In this document: positions 1 through 12,700 of the stretch, piece by piece
Position numbering within the stretch: position 1 is the stretch's first letter
Layout of the letters: every line of letters begins with the position of its first letter
Assembly (NCBI GenBank): GCA_964016885.1
Contig: OZ024742.1
Span: forward strand, 254,572,001-254,636,000
Source of the DNA: Eledone cirrhosa
Taxonomy: Eukaryota
DNA: 64,000 bases
Direction: 5' to 3'
Position numbers and translations under genes: made by a program
The notes under the pieces: model-generated
Seen by the model: only the letters and a program-made list of their open reading frames with translations
Database searches by the model: none
What the model was told of the DNA's origin: nothing

Positions 1-2152
1 CCAACTTTTACACTAAGTTCTTCACAATATTCATTGTTAATTCTAACCTTACTGACTGTTTCATTATACATAGCTTGTATAGCTCTCACAAGCCATTCAT
101 CTACACCTAGTTTTCTAAGAGCCCACCAGATAATGGAGCGGGGGACTCTATCTAAGTCTTTCTCCAAGTCAACAAAAGTTAAGTATAGGGGTTTACTTTT
201 AGCTAGGTACTTCTCCTGTAGTTGTACAATAAAAAGACCGTCTGTGGTACTTATACCTGACATAAACCCGAACTGCATTTCATCTAGATCAATTCGTTCT
301 CTGATTAGTTGCGCTATTACTTTTTCTGTGACCTTCATGACCTGGTCGATTAATTTAATGCCTCTATAGTTTCCTCTATCTAGGGCATCTCCTTTACCCT
401 GGTAGCAGTTAATGATGATGCTGCTACGCCAGTCCTTCGGAACGGTCCCGTTCTGTATGACTTGGTTTACTTTCTCGGTGACCATAATGTGTCCCACCGT
501 TCCAGATGCTTTCAGCATTTCAGCAACTATTTCCGAAGGCCCAGCCGCTTTTCCCGTCTTCATATCTTTGATTGCCTTACTTATTATACTACCTTCAACT
601 AGCACTGCTGGTCCCTCTATTGGATCGATGTGGGGGAGACTGTCTTTCTCCCATTTATTCTCCTCATTTAGTAGCCTTTCGTAGTGACACTTCCAAGCTA
701 CCTTCTTATCAGCGTCAGTGATGGCAAGTACACCATCATCATTAAAGACACACTTCTCCCCGACAATATCACGGTTTTCCTTGACACATTGCCTAGCAAT
801 CCTGAACACCTCACGTTTTTGGTCCTCGCATTGTAGAACATGCTTGAACTTTCTTTCCTCTGCTTCCCTTCTTGCGAAGTACACATGTCTCCTAGCTTCC
901 CTCCTGGCCACTTGATAGTCTTCTCTATTTCCCCCATCCCGCCATACTTTCCAAGCCTGCTTTTTGGCCTTAATTGACTCCTCCACCTTACTGTTCCACT
1001 ACCACGTTACACTCCTCCTCCCTATAGGCCTGCTCCAGCCACAGACTTCATCTGCCGCCTTCAGCAGGTTAGCTTTCAAGAAAATCCCACTGTTCCTCTA
1101 TATTGTACGACTCTAATTGCTCTTCCTTACTGTCGAAAGCATCAAGTAATATGCTTTTAAATTTATTACTGGCTGTGGGGTTTTTTAGCTTCCATATTTT
1201 TCTCCCGGGGATAATCCTCCCCTGTTGTCGAGTACGTCTTGTCCTGACTATGAGATCGCTGACTATGAGTCTATGTTGGGAGGTGCATTCTTCATGGGGG
1301 AGGGATTTAGTGTTTAGAACAGACACTCTATCACGTCTTCTGGTAAGGATATAATCTATCTGACTGGCGTGTTCCCCTGATCTATAGGTGATCAAGTGAT
1401 TGCTTCGTTTTTTTAAGTTAGTGTTACAGATAGATAGGTTATTTGCGTCACAGAATTACAGGATACTGGGGCCTTCCTCATTTCTAATACCAAACCCATA
1501 GCCTCCATGGATTCCGTCATAGCCGTCACAATGTTGTCCAACGTGACCATTTAGGTCGCCAGCAATAATTATGTAGTCACTGTTGGTTATTTGGGAGGTA
1601 GTGAGCATCAATGTCTCATAGAATATGTCTTTTATAGCGCCAGGCAGTCCGGATTGGGGTGCATACGCAGATATTACTGTCACAGTAGTTCTATTTAGGA
1701 CAAGTCTTATTTTAATTATTCTGTCGTTCACTCTATTTACGTCTATTATCTTATCTACCCAATTTTTCGGCTAACATGATTCCTACTCCACCCAGCCCAT
1801 TGTCATTTCCCACCCAGAAAAGCTTATAGTTTCGTTTTTTTACCCACAATGAATCTAGCAGACACACCCCTCCAACTGGTCTCTTGGATACAGCAAACAA
1901 CAACATCTTTACGTTCAAGCTTTTCTACAACCTCGTTAGAGGGACCTTTTAAGGTGCCTACATTCATAGTACCATCTCTCAAGTTTTGGATTGCGTTTGG
2001 TGGGTGGGAACGGTGGGGCGAGGGGAGGGGTGAGAGGGATGGGATTTTGTTGGCCAACCGCGGCCGAAACAAAGAGGGGGAGTCCTTGCCTTTTCGTCCG
2101 GCAGCATGAGGTGAATTTGTCTTTATCTTTGGCATTGTCACTGAGTGTCCAG

Positions 2153-2153
<1 letters not shown>
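1..2153 (-). mobile_element. Decayed RTE-clade LINE (APE endonuclease plus start of RT), continuing off the left edge
   Basis: Broken ORFs 1824-2141 (NVGTLKG, CCIQETSW), 1456-1731 (VISAYAPQ, AGDLNGHVG) and 1069-1395 (SQIDYIL, SQHRLIV) carry APE motifs. RT motifs QFGF and FVDLEK are readable on the minus strand at ~150-290. Confidence 0.9.
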
Positions 2154-2204
<51 letters not shown>

Positions 2205-2210
2205 TAAAGT

Positions 2211-2305
2211 AATAATTGTTTCTACTTTTGGCACAAGGCCAGCAATTACCCAATGCATTACTGGTACTTTATTCTATCGCCCCCGGAAGGATGAAAGGCA
2301 AAGTT
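2211..2305 (-). mobile_element. 5'-truncated Meta-domain SINE (young family)
   Basis: Reverse complement of the 3' half of the SINE seen full length at 10285 and 42515 (gcctttcatcc...gtaccagtaatgc...ggccttgtgccaaaagtagaaacaattatt). Confidence 0.85.
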
Positions 2306-2324
2306 GCTGGGATGAGTTGTCAGA

Positions 2325-3330
2325 TTATCATTAAATTTATTCAGATGTGACACGTGTTTCACAATTGATCAGCTCACAGTTTGATCTCTATTTATCGGGC
2401 CCGCCTCTTGTATCAAAAGCTCACCAGACTTCTGATACTTCTATAAGAGCTAAATGTGAGTGTAAATAATGGTGCATGCGTCCTCTATCTATCTAGGGAT
2501 GGGTTTGCAGAGATACTAGGATGCCCTAGGGTGCCTGTTTCATAGTGTGTATGCACAATGCATTTTAGGCACCATGTTCTACCCACCTGGATTGTGAGCG
2601 GGTCTAAGTTTGAGATATGTTTTATGGATCCAATGTTTACACAAAGTAACAAGTTCATCCTTTTTATTTGATAGTTGTTCCTTGGTGAACAACATTTGGA
2701 TTATTATTTCCTTGGAGCATATATATATATATATTGTGTAGGTGTCACGATAAAAAACACACAGTCCACACTGTAATGTGGCCATGTAGGTAACACGGTA
2801 AAAAGTTCCCAGTTCCACACTGTAAATGTGGTTGGTGTTAGGAAGGGCATCCAGCCATAGAAAACCTGCCAGATAGTCCTATATGAGCGAGACACGGTCA
2901 CCCGACCAACCTTGCCTCAAGTGGAACAACTCCCGTCTAACCCATACTAGCGTGGAAGATGGACGTTAAACAAAAATGATAATGATGATGATAATGATGA
3001 TGATATATATATATATTAATTAAATAACTAATACCCAATCATCTCAATGATTGGGTATTAGACCTTTAATTAATTAGACCAAAACACACACAATCATTAA
3101 ACTAAAGTTTTAGCATATGAAACAAGTACATAAGCTGTCCATCCTGTACCTCTGCAAACGCATCCCTAGGTACATAGAGGACATATGCACTAATATATAC
3201 ACACTCATCTGGCTCATATAGAAGTATCTGAACAGATAATTATATATCAGAACACACACACCATCATTAAAACTAAAGTTTTAGCACATGAAACAAGTAC
3301 CTAAACTACCCATCTCATACCTACATGCAC
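2325..3330. repeat. Diverged inverted and direct repeats, probable Penelope-like terminal remnant
   Basis: 2431-2522 is inverted at 3141-3231. 3083-3150 is repeated directly at ~3251-3322. Perfect 15-bp hairpin at 3028-3061. Degenerate hammerhead-like motif on the minus strand at ~2346-2380. Confidence 0.5.
2755..3003 (+). mobile_element. 3' part of an RTE-tailed SINE or LINE with (GAT)n tail
   Basis: ttaggaagggcatccagcc...ctagcgtggaagatggacgttaaa followed by (gat)n. The same tail is inverted at 15281-15355. Confidence 0.7.
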
Positions 3331-3769
3331 ATCAAATCTAAAACTATCTTTTAATATAGTTCTGCACAAAAACTAAGAATATAAAATCTTTTCGATATTT
3401 AATCATTTGTAAATAAGAATAACAACTATACAATCGATCCACTATTAAAAAAATTAATGGCACTGTGAAACAAAATCTTAAATGCATGTGTGCACCACTG
3501 GACAGCTGACATTTTCATGTCAACTGGTAGCATTCATTGATACTGATGCTATACTTAGGCTGTTTGGAGGCCATAAAAAAAGCATGCCTTTCATTGAGAT
3601 ACACACATACACCTACACACTCACCAACCTCCTAGATAAAGATAATTCAATATATTTATCATGATGAATTAGAAAACAGACAGCTGAGCACACGAATATG
3701 TACATATAAATACGTTCCCCCCCCCCCCCACACACACACACAAACTAGCCACTCCCACCCAAAAACCAG

Positions 3770-4011
3770 ATACTTTCGTAAAGACGTCTCATAACTAAAA
3801 AAGTGTATGCCTATGTTTGGGCATCATAGTCCCCTGTTGAGGACACCTATTTCTACCGCCAAACATCGGTAATTCAGTTCAGAATGAATTAGCTGCTAAA
3901 ATGGCAAGAGCTCAGCTGTCGGGGTTCCAACTCTTTCATGTTACCACACCCTGCTACATCAAGTATAGAGTACTCCGGTGAGTAATGGTCTAACAGATTT
4001 TTACTGCATCC

Positions 4012-4015
<4 letters not shown>
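3770..4015 (+). mobile_element. Probable Penelope-like 3' terminal fragment related to the fold-back elements at 4605 and 34076
   Basis: 3907-4013 aligns by eye with the reverse complement of 4605-4715 (gagctc.gc.gtcgggg...aagtat.gagtact...atggtc). It ends in (TA)n. Confidence 0.5.
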
Positions 4016-4056
<41 letters not shown>

Positions 4057-4079
4057 ATTACATATACAGATATATATAT

Positions 4080-4205
4080 ATAATTGTTTGTACTTTTGGC
4101 ATAAGGCCAGCAATGACCCAGTGCAATACTGGTACTTTATTTTATCGACCCCGTAAGGATGAAAGGCAAAGTTAACCTCGGCAGGATTTGAACTCAGAAT
4201 GGCAA
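4080..4205 (-). mobile_element. 5'-truncated Meta-domain SINE
   Basis: B box plus Meta domain plus tail, in reverse orientation. atatatataat occurs on both flanks. Confidence 0.85.
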
Positions 4206-4313
4206 TATATATATAATTCATATATATTTATATCTATATCTATATGTGTGTGTATGTGTGTGTAGGTTATTTTTGTCTCTAGAAATATTATTATATTATT
4301 ATATATATATTAA

Positions 4314-4505
4314 AGGCGGTGAATTGGCAGTATTGGTAGAGGGTTGGACGCCATGCTTTCTAGCATAGTTACGTCCCTTTACGGTCTGAGTTCAAATCCC
4401 GCCAAGGTTAACTTTGCCTTTCGTCCTTACGGGGTCGGTAAAATAAAGTACCAGTAATTTACTTGGTAATTGCTGGCCTTGTGCCTAAAGTATAAACAAT
4501 TATTA
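4314..4505 (+). mobile_element. Full-length tRNA-derived Meta-domain SINE
   Basis: A box (tggcagtattgg), B box (gagttcaaatccc), gcctttcgtccttacggggtcggtaaaataaagtacc, then an attatt tail. Confidence 0.9.
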
Positions 4506-4604
4506 TAAACATATATATTAAATATATATATATATATATATACATAAATATACATATATATAATTATATATATATAATTATATAGATATATATAGATATA
4601 TATA

Positions 4605-4796
4605 AAACGAAGGAGTTGTGGTAAGGAACCAGATGGACCATAACGCACCATAGTACTCAATACTTAGGATAGTAGAGTGGGTAATGGGAAATGTATGACC
4701 CCGACGGCAGAGCTCAAGTCGTTTCGACGGCTATTTCTGCAGTCCAGAAATAGCCGTCGAAACGGCTTGAGCTCTGCCGTCGGGGTCATACATTTT

Positions 4797-4800
<4 letters not shown>
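4605..4800. mobile_element. Fold-back element in (TA)n containing a ~110-bp near-perfect palindrome (4687-4798)
   Basis: Arms atgtatgaccccgacggcagagctcaag...ctatttctg and cagaaatag...gtcggggtcatacat. A second copy lies at 34076-34241. Confidence 0.8.
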
Positions 4801-4840
<40 letters not shown>

Positions 4841-5174
4841 CAGTTAAGGGACCAAAAGAATACGTACAAATATATATAAAGAAAGAGAGAGAGAGATTAA
4901 GAAAAAGTGAGTAAGATAAGACAGATTAGCAGGAGAATGAAAGATATATCTCCAGAGAGAAACCAAATACAACCTTCCCCAACCCCAACCCACCTTCAAA
5001 AAACAAACTAAAATAATGCATTAATCACTGGCAACATAAAAGACTACCATCTGCACTGATGCACAGATGCACAGATGCACTACTGCACAATGCGTTATTC
5101 CTAGATAAAGATTAAATTTATATGATAAGTTTGATTTCCACTATTATATTTACTTGCATATAACCATGTATTCT

Positions 5175-5340
5175 TTTATTCTTTAACTGGTTTCAGATAG
5201 TATATTGTGGGCCCTGCTGGGGCTCTGCCTTGATTTAATCAGACATATTGACTCTTGTGCTTTATTTTTCGTGTTTTGTACTTATTTTATTGATCAGTTT
5301 TCGTTGAACTGCTAAGTTATGAGACATGGACACACACGCA
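5175..5340. mobile_element. Diverged fragment resembling another cephalopod SINE
   Basis: actggtttcag...gtacttattttattgatc...gaactgctaagttatgagac resembles an abundant octopus SINE from memory. Not confirmed by a search. Confidence 0.4.
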
Positions 5341-5489
5341 CATATATATACTTACAATGGAATTTGGTAAGCAGAAACTGTTTACCAAATTCCACTAGTA
5401 GTCTGTTGAATGTATATATATACATATTCAGCTTTGGAGTTTCTGCTTCAGCTATTATAAGCTATGGGCAAAGCAGCTTGTTGTGGTGC

Positions 5490-7180
5490 CGGGTGGTAAG
5501 AGGACCCCTTGGTTCAACTCGAATTTTAAAGATGTGCTCTAAGCAAAGAAAGAAGTTTATAAAACTTGTTTTGTTGTAGTGTAAGCAGACCCGGAAATTT
5601 GCACCTAGAATAGCAAAGGCTTCCAAGGTTAAGACATGGGAGGATTAAGGGTGATCAAAAATCTAACATTTGGTAAGCAAATAAAGCATTCTGGCAGATC
5701 ACTTGCTAACTTCATAATAATAAGTCCCCTTCAACAGATGCTACCAAGAACGCTTGTGGGGTTCTCCTCTCTGAAGAAAGGTGTATCCTTGCAAGGTGAA
5801 GAGAATACTATTGTTGTGTCTAAGCTAGCTGAAGAACAGTGTGGTTTTCGCCCTGGATGCATCACAGCAGAGCATTCTTTGAGAAATCATGGGAGTATTG
5901 TCAAGAGTCGTATGCTTGTTCCATAGACCTTGAAATGGTATATGATGGCATTCTATGAGACTTGTTGGGCAAAGTTCAGCATGAATATCACATTGAAGGA
6001 CATCTTGTTGCCTTACCAATACCCTTGTGGACCAACACCCTTGTTCAAATCAATGGTATTAAGCATAACGATTCATGCGGTTGTCTGCTGGAGATGCATA
6101 ATTTCACCTCCTCTGTTCATAATTTTATGAACAGGATTGATATACACAGCCAGGTTAGAAGCGATATCAAGAACTGCACTTGTAAGATCAGATGACATGG
6201 TATTATTTAACTTGTCAGAAGAGGATTTCTGACATGTGCTTGATAGGTTTGAAGCTGAAGCTGCACAGCATGAATGAAAATCAGTTCTGCAAATACAGAG
6301 TCACACTTCCAAGGAAGCCTATGCAGTTCACTTTACAGTGGAGTTTAACTGAAGCAGGTAGAAAGATTCAAGTATTTCAGAGCTGTTTTTGCAAGCGATT
6401 TAAGGCAGAAAGCTATACTAAGTGCAAGAATTATAGGAGCTGGTGCATTACTGTACCAGCTTCAGCACTTAGTCATCAGAAGACGGGAAATAGATGTGAA
6501 AGCCAAACTCACTGCCTCCAATTCAGTGTTTGGACCAACCCTTACCTGTAGTTATATATCTTGAATAATTGTTTCTACTTTAGGCACAAGGCCAGCAATT
6601 ACCCAGTGCATTACTGGTACTTTATTTTATCGACCTCGTAAGGATGAAAAGCAAAGTTAACCTCGGCAGGATTTGAACTCAGACCGTAAAGGGACGTAAC
6701 TATGCTGGAAAGCATGGCGTCCGACTCTCTACCGATACTGCCAATCCACCACCCTATATCTTGAATAATGAACAAAAGAATATGATCGCGAATACAAGTA
6801 GCCAACATTGGGTTCCTCCGAAGGTGCTTTGGAGTAATGTTACTCAACAGATTGCGTGGCTCAGAAATTAGAAATTCACTGTAGGTAAGGCTGCTACTTC
6901 TCCAAATTGAGAGATCACAGCTTTGATATTATGGATATGCAGTCAGGATGCCTAAGTAAAGAATTACTGGACAGATTTTATGAGAAAACCATCCAGCAGG
7001 AGACCTAGGTGGTGACCACAAGCAAGTTGACTGGATAACATCCATGACCTTGGCTGGTCTCACATGGGAATCCAACCATATCAATTAGAGACTGTTGCTT
7101 CTGCAGGACCTGCTGGAAGGCGAGCTTGATAACTCTGTCCCCATGTCCGCCCAGGAATAAGTGTGTAAAGAAAAAGAAAA
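5490..7180 (+). mobile_element. Highly decayed, internally deleted RTE-like LINE interrupted by a SINE
   Basis: EEQCGFRPG RT motif in ORF 5636-5926, RTE-like C-terminal residues near 6880-7040, and an A-rich end. Confidence 0.65.
6570..6754 (-). mobile_element. Full-length Meta-domain SINE with 15-bp TSD
   Basis: TSD tatatcttgaataat at 6555-6569 and 6755-6769 (attattcaagatata on the sense strand). Confidence 0.92.
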
Positions 7181-7357
7181 AGGAAATATAGTTCCTGTTA
7201 TTCTATAGTTTCAACTGTGCATTTACAGTGCTGATGATTCTGTGAGTGCGCATTTGAAACTTCAGAGTAACATGGCTCACCACTTAGTCATTAAATGTAT
7301 ATCTAAACTCTACTTCAGTATTGAGAACTTTTTATCACAACCATTAATAATATTTGA

Positions 7358-7360
<3 letters not shown>

Positions 7361-7417
<57 letters not shown>

Positions 7418-7550
7418 ATATATATAATATTACACACACGCACACACACACACACACATGCATACATACATACATACATACATACATACATACACACATA
7501 CATACATACATACATACATACATACATACATACATACATACATACATACA

Positions 7551-7581
<31 letters not shown>

Positions 7582-7590
7582 GTATATATA
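7361..7590. repeat. Compound microsatellite (TA)n-(CA)n-(CATA)n
   Basis: Directly visible. Confidence 0.95.
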
Positions 7591-8157
7591 AATGAATAAA
7601 AGAAATGAAATTTCTGGAAAAAAATTTCCATTTGAAGATTTCCATCAGAGATAAAGAAGAGAGTGATGTTTAAATGTGCTGGCTTTACTTAACTTCAATA
7701 TATCTAGGAGGAAGAAGAAGATGATTTTATGCTTCACATTTTCCCCTTTACTAATTTTTATTGTTTCATTTTGGTTTTCTTCTGAGCATTATTTCTTGGT
7801 ACAAAAAGGCAAGACACTGAGATACAGTATTGTCATTCTGGCAATACACCATTAACTGTTAACCTCTGATTGATTGAAATCTTAAAACCTTTTTTTAGTG
7901 ATTCAAATGGAAAATCTTTATGGAGCAGTTAAGATACAGTTTAGCAGCCGTAAATATATGTATATATATCGGAGGATTTTCAATAAGTTAAAACACTCAA
8001 CCGTAAACAATAGTTCACAACCAGCCTGTTCCATATGTCAAACCATTGATATGCATTGAAAGAATATTTACAATATTAAGCAACATATACACACCTATGT
8101 GTATCATATATATATCTGCATGAATATATAGCAGTGAGAATAGAAATATATGGAATA

Positions 8158-8356
8158 TAAAATTAGGTGGTAACATGTGTTTACACCATATTCGACTACA
8201 TTGAATTAGTCTGTTAGTTGGGATTTAAAAAAACCCTCTGAATGGAAAAAAGGATAAGTATTGACGTACATGGTGTTCTGGGAAACCAAAGATGTGGGTT
8301 TGTGTCCCATACTATGTGGTCAAATATGGTGTAAGCACATATTACTACCTAATTTT
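8158..8356. repeat. ~43-bp diverged inverted repeat pair
   Basis: aaattaggtggtaacatgtgtttacaccatattcgactacat versus atgtggtcaaatatggtgtaagcacatattactacctaattt. Confidence 0.7.
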
Positions 8357-8725
8357 CAAATTCACTAACCGTTTGTAAATAATACTTTGTGTCTCCCCGT
8401 TTATATATGGAATATATATTTTTAAGTCATTGCTTAAATTTTTAGTTTTCAGCTTTTCTCTCTACTGGTCCTTGCCATGAAATATCTATATCATGCAAGC
8501 ATAGTTTAAAGTTGATGATGGTGATGATGATTATTAGTATCTCTTAATTAATATATCTCATTAATGGAATAAATTCAATAGATTTTGTGTACTTTCCTTG
8601 ACAAAATAATGATTTCCCTTGATTTATAAAGTTAAGTTGTAAACATGTCGCATATCTCTGTCCCCCTTGTCTTTCTCTTTCTTCTAATACTCTTTGTATA
8701 TATACATGTGTGCCACACACACACA

Positions 8726-8781
<56 letters not shown>

Positions 8782-9392
8782 ATCTATCTCCATATCCCCT
8801 CTCTCTCTTTATGTATGTATACACATGCACATATATATCCTTCTTTCATCAACATTATTATCATCATAATTTAACATTCAATGTTCCTGCTAGCAAGGGT
8901 TGGACTCTATAGCTAATTTTCAGCTAGGCCTGTCATAAATAGATCTTTGCCTAATACTCTTATATTGGGTGGAACAAGTATTCTGTTAACAAAAAAAAAT
9001 GGTTTGACAAGGTAATGATGGGTTAGAATGAGTAAAAGATTAGACTATGCCTAAACAAAACAACTTTAGCAATTATCTATACATATGCAGCATAATCAGG
9101 AATAGCAGAAGAATTGAAGGACTGCTTCTATAAGTCCTTAATATACACTACCTTTCTAACTTCATAATCATGGCTGGTGATTTTAATGGAATTGATGGAC
9201 AATGCTGTGATAACTTCCATAATATCCACAAAGGCTTGTTTTTGGAATCAGAAATATATGGGATGCCAAAAGCCTTTGTGTATATATCAATTGTTTTTAG
9301 ATTTCAGCACATCCAAAATATCACTGCTTTTTCAGATAATACTGAGAATTGAAATAGCTTCTTGAAATATTTGATGATTTAATTTCTATTGA

Positions 9393-9550
9393 AGGCAGGC
9401 AAATTGGTGGAGTCATTAGAATGTTGAATTCTTTGTGGTTTTTGTTCTGTCTCTCTGGTCTCTGAGATCAAATCTCGCCATGGTCAACTTTGCCTTTCAT
9501 CCTTTCGAGGTCAAGGAAAAAGTACCAGTTTTGTATTGGGGTCAATTATT
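9393..9550 (+). mobile_element. Older diverged Meta-domain SINE
   Basis: tctgagatcaaatctcgcc...caactttgcctttcatcctttcgaggtc...aagtaccag. Confidence 0.7.
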
Positions 9551-9747
9551 CCTCTACATCGCTTTCTCAATCTCTCTTTGTTTCCTTCACCAGGTTTTAT
9601 AAAAATTACCCTTTGTTTCCTCCACCTGGTTTTATAAAAATTACCCAAGAAATTCTTTGTGTTCATAATGCATCCCTACAGCTGCACCAGAAGTTACAGG
9701 TCCATACATACATAACATACATACATACAAACATACATACATACATA

Positions 9748-12700
9748 GTCAGTCAATGCGGTCAGTCACATATTTTGGTGTGGCAGAATATTCATTAAAT
9801 TTAAGAGGAATACTATCTCCGACAGTAATGCCACAACTACCAGTCATGTTGAATAACTGGATATTCTTCTAACTATATCTACTGAAGACACCTTTTATTC
9901 GAATTCGTAGAGATGTCCGACTAAATACATAATTCATTTTACAAGGATTTGCTACAAACAGCATGGCTGAACACAACATCAACAACATTAAGGAAGTACC
10001 GAAGAAAAACAACGAGAAAGGTAAACAACATTTATTCAGTTGTAGCTACAGAAGAAACCGAAATTATAAATCGCATTTCTCTTGGAGTTGCGAACTTAAT
10101 GATGATTTATTTAATTGTTATAAAATGGCAAAAAAACAATCCGTCCATTGGCTATATGAACAGAATGAAGCTACACTGGGACGAAATACACTCAGAGCTA
10201 AATTATTTCACAGCGAAACAATTACGCCAACAAGCGACGTTTGTTGAACGTAAAAATAAGATAAATATTATTAATTGTAAGTCAGGGCGGTGAATTGGCA
10301 GTATCGGTAGAGGGTCGGACACCATGCTTTGACGCATAGAGTTACAGACCTTGCCATTCTGAGTTCAAATCCCGCCGAGGTTAACTTTGCCTTTCATCCT
10401 TACGGGGTCGATAAAATAAAGTACCAGTAATACACTGGGTAATTGCTGGCCTTGTGCCAATAGTAGAAACAATTATTAATTGTAAGTCCCCCACAACAAA
10501 CATGGAATCAACAACACGTGCTACAGGTCGCCATGCTACTAGACTTCCTAGCAGCCAGGTCTAATAGTGCCTTGAAATAACTATGCCTGTAAGAGACTTG
10601 ACACCACCTGTACCATCTAAGTCTACCTCGAATGCTGGGGAAAATACTATCGATAATAATAATAATCTAAGAAATTTGACACCACGTTTACCATCCGAGT
10701 CTACCTCGAATATCGTGGAAAATACTACCGAAGATGATAATAATCAAAAATATAAACAATTGAAAATTTCCCTCAACGAAATCTTCCAGAGAGAAATTAA
10801 TTTATGTATAAATATCTCTCTTGCTGAACGTATTAAAACGACAATATTTAATAAAAAAAAAAAAACAACAAATAAGGAAATATTACGTGTTATTGACGAA
10901 ATAGGGAATGAATATTTACGATGGATAAAAACCCCAACATTTTAGCCAATCAACGCCTGTTTATATGCCTTAGCAACGACAGTGAAACAGTATCTTGGTG
11001 ATAGCAGAGATATTAACAAGAACAAAACACCACCAAAAATACCATCATATATAACTATAATAGCAAAAAAGATTGCTGACCTACGAAAAACCATAGGATA
11101 TGGGACAATGCTCCTTACATGCACACAAACACAAAAAAACCTCACTCCTCACCAACAAACAGTGAAAAATAAAATAGAGACGATGTTTGGTAACAGTATA
11201 ACCAGAACTCTTCAATATAAGCTGATACATGAAGAAGGTAGATGAAAGAGAAGTGCGTAATAAAAGATTCAGATGAAACCAAACATCAATCTATAGAGAT
11301 ATGAAGGGCAAAATAATAGGTGTCACTGAGGCCCCATCCCAGAAAGACATAGATTCCTTTTGGAGAAAAATATGGGGTGAAAAGAAGAATTTCAGCCAAG
11401 ATGAGGTATGGCTAAAAGAAATCTGAAAGAACTATTGCTTCTACACTACAACAAAAACATACGAAATAAGTGAGGGTACTCTTGAGATTGTGATAGGAAA
11501 ACTCCAAGAAAAGAAAACACCAGGAAGAGACATGATTGTCGGCTAGTGGTACAAAAACCTGATATTCTATCGCAGGTATCTTACTGACCTCTACCAACAA
11601 GTTCTTAAGGGAGATACACTTATACCAGAATGGTTGACATTAGCACAAACATTATTGGTCCTTAAGAACAAAGAGACCCACTTGGCAAAAGAATACTGAC
11701 CCATTACATGCCAGAACCTGATGTTTAAGATGTATACAGCCTGCCTGAACCTATTCCTCCAAGATCACTGTGAAAATAATAGCATCATCACAGATGAACA
11801 AGCAGATGGAAAGAAAGGGGTTTGGTGATGTGCTGAACAACTCTTAATCAACAACACTGAGGTGTGACAACTTAGGAGGAATATGGCTACAGTCTAGCTG
11901 GACTACAGGAAAGCTTTCGATTCTGTTCCCCACTCTTGGATGATAGAGGCCCTCTAACTTGCTAAAGTGCCAGACATTATTATCAGAGCCATAGAGAAGC
12001 TGTCTTCTTCTTGGGCTACTATCCTAAAGTTAAAGACAGAGAAGGAGGACTCTATTTTCACTGATAAAATAAAATATCCCAGGGGTATATTTCAGGGAGA
12101 CAGTCTCTCTGTGATATTATTCATCCTTTCATTAAACCCCTTGTCCTTTCTGCTCAAGAAATGTGAAGGATACATCATTGTCGCACAGGAGGACAGAAAT
12201 ACGAACCTAACCCAATCTGAAACTCTATACCAAGAATAGGGATGAGAGGAAGAAAAATCTTGACCCGGTTACAACTTTCTCAAAGGATATAGGAATGGAG
12301 TTTGGCCAAGATAAATGCTCATATATGACTGTAAAGCGGGGAAAAACAACAACCCAATCTAGCAACAATGTCATCAATGACCTAACTGTCTCACCAATAT
12401 CTGATGAGGACTGCTACAGATACCTGGGGATAGATGAGAACATATCCTATAATGGTATCTGTAATAAAGAACGCGTAACCAAGGAATACTACACCCGATT
12501 AAGGAAGATTTGGTCATCGGAACTCTCTGCGCAAAACAATGTGTTTGCTGGGCCTGTCCTAACACCAATGTTTGGAATACTCAATTGGACGATAGACGAA
12601 ATCCGAGCAGTTGATGTTGGAACTCGAAAAATACTAAACAACACTGGAATCTTCCACATCAACAGTGACATAGACTGCCTTTACTTGAAACGTAAGCAGG

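Noticed and set aside
9140-9290. Possible minus-strand host exon (open stretch AFGIPYISDSKNKPLW..., ending aag|gtagt)
   Set aside because: No recognisable homology and a weak acceptor. RNA-seq would be needed.
10285-10380. tRNA-like A and B boxes
   Set aside because: These are SINE heads with Meta domain, tail and TSD, not tRNA genes.
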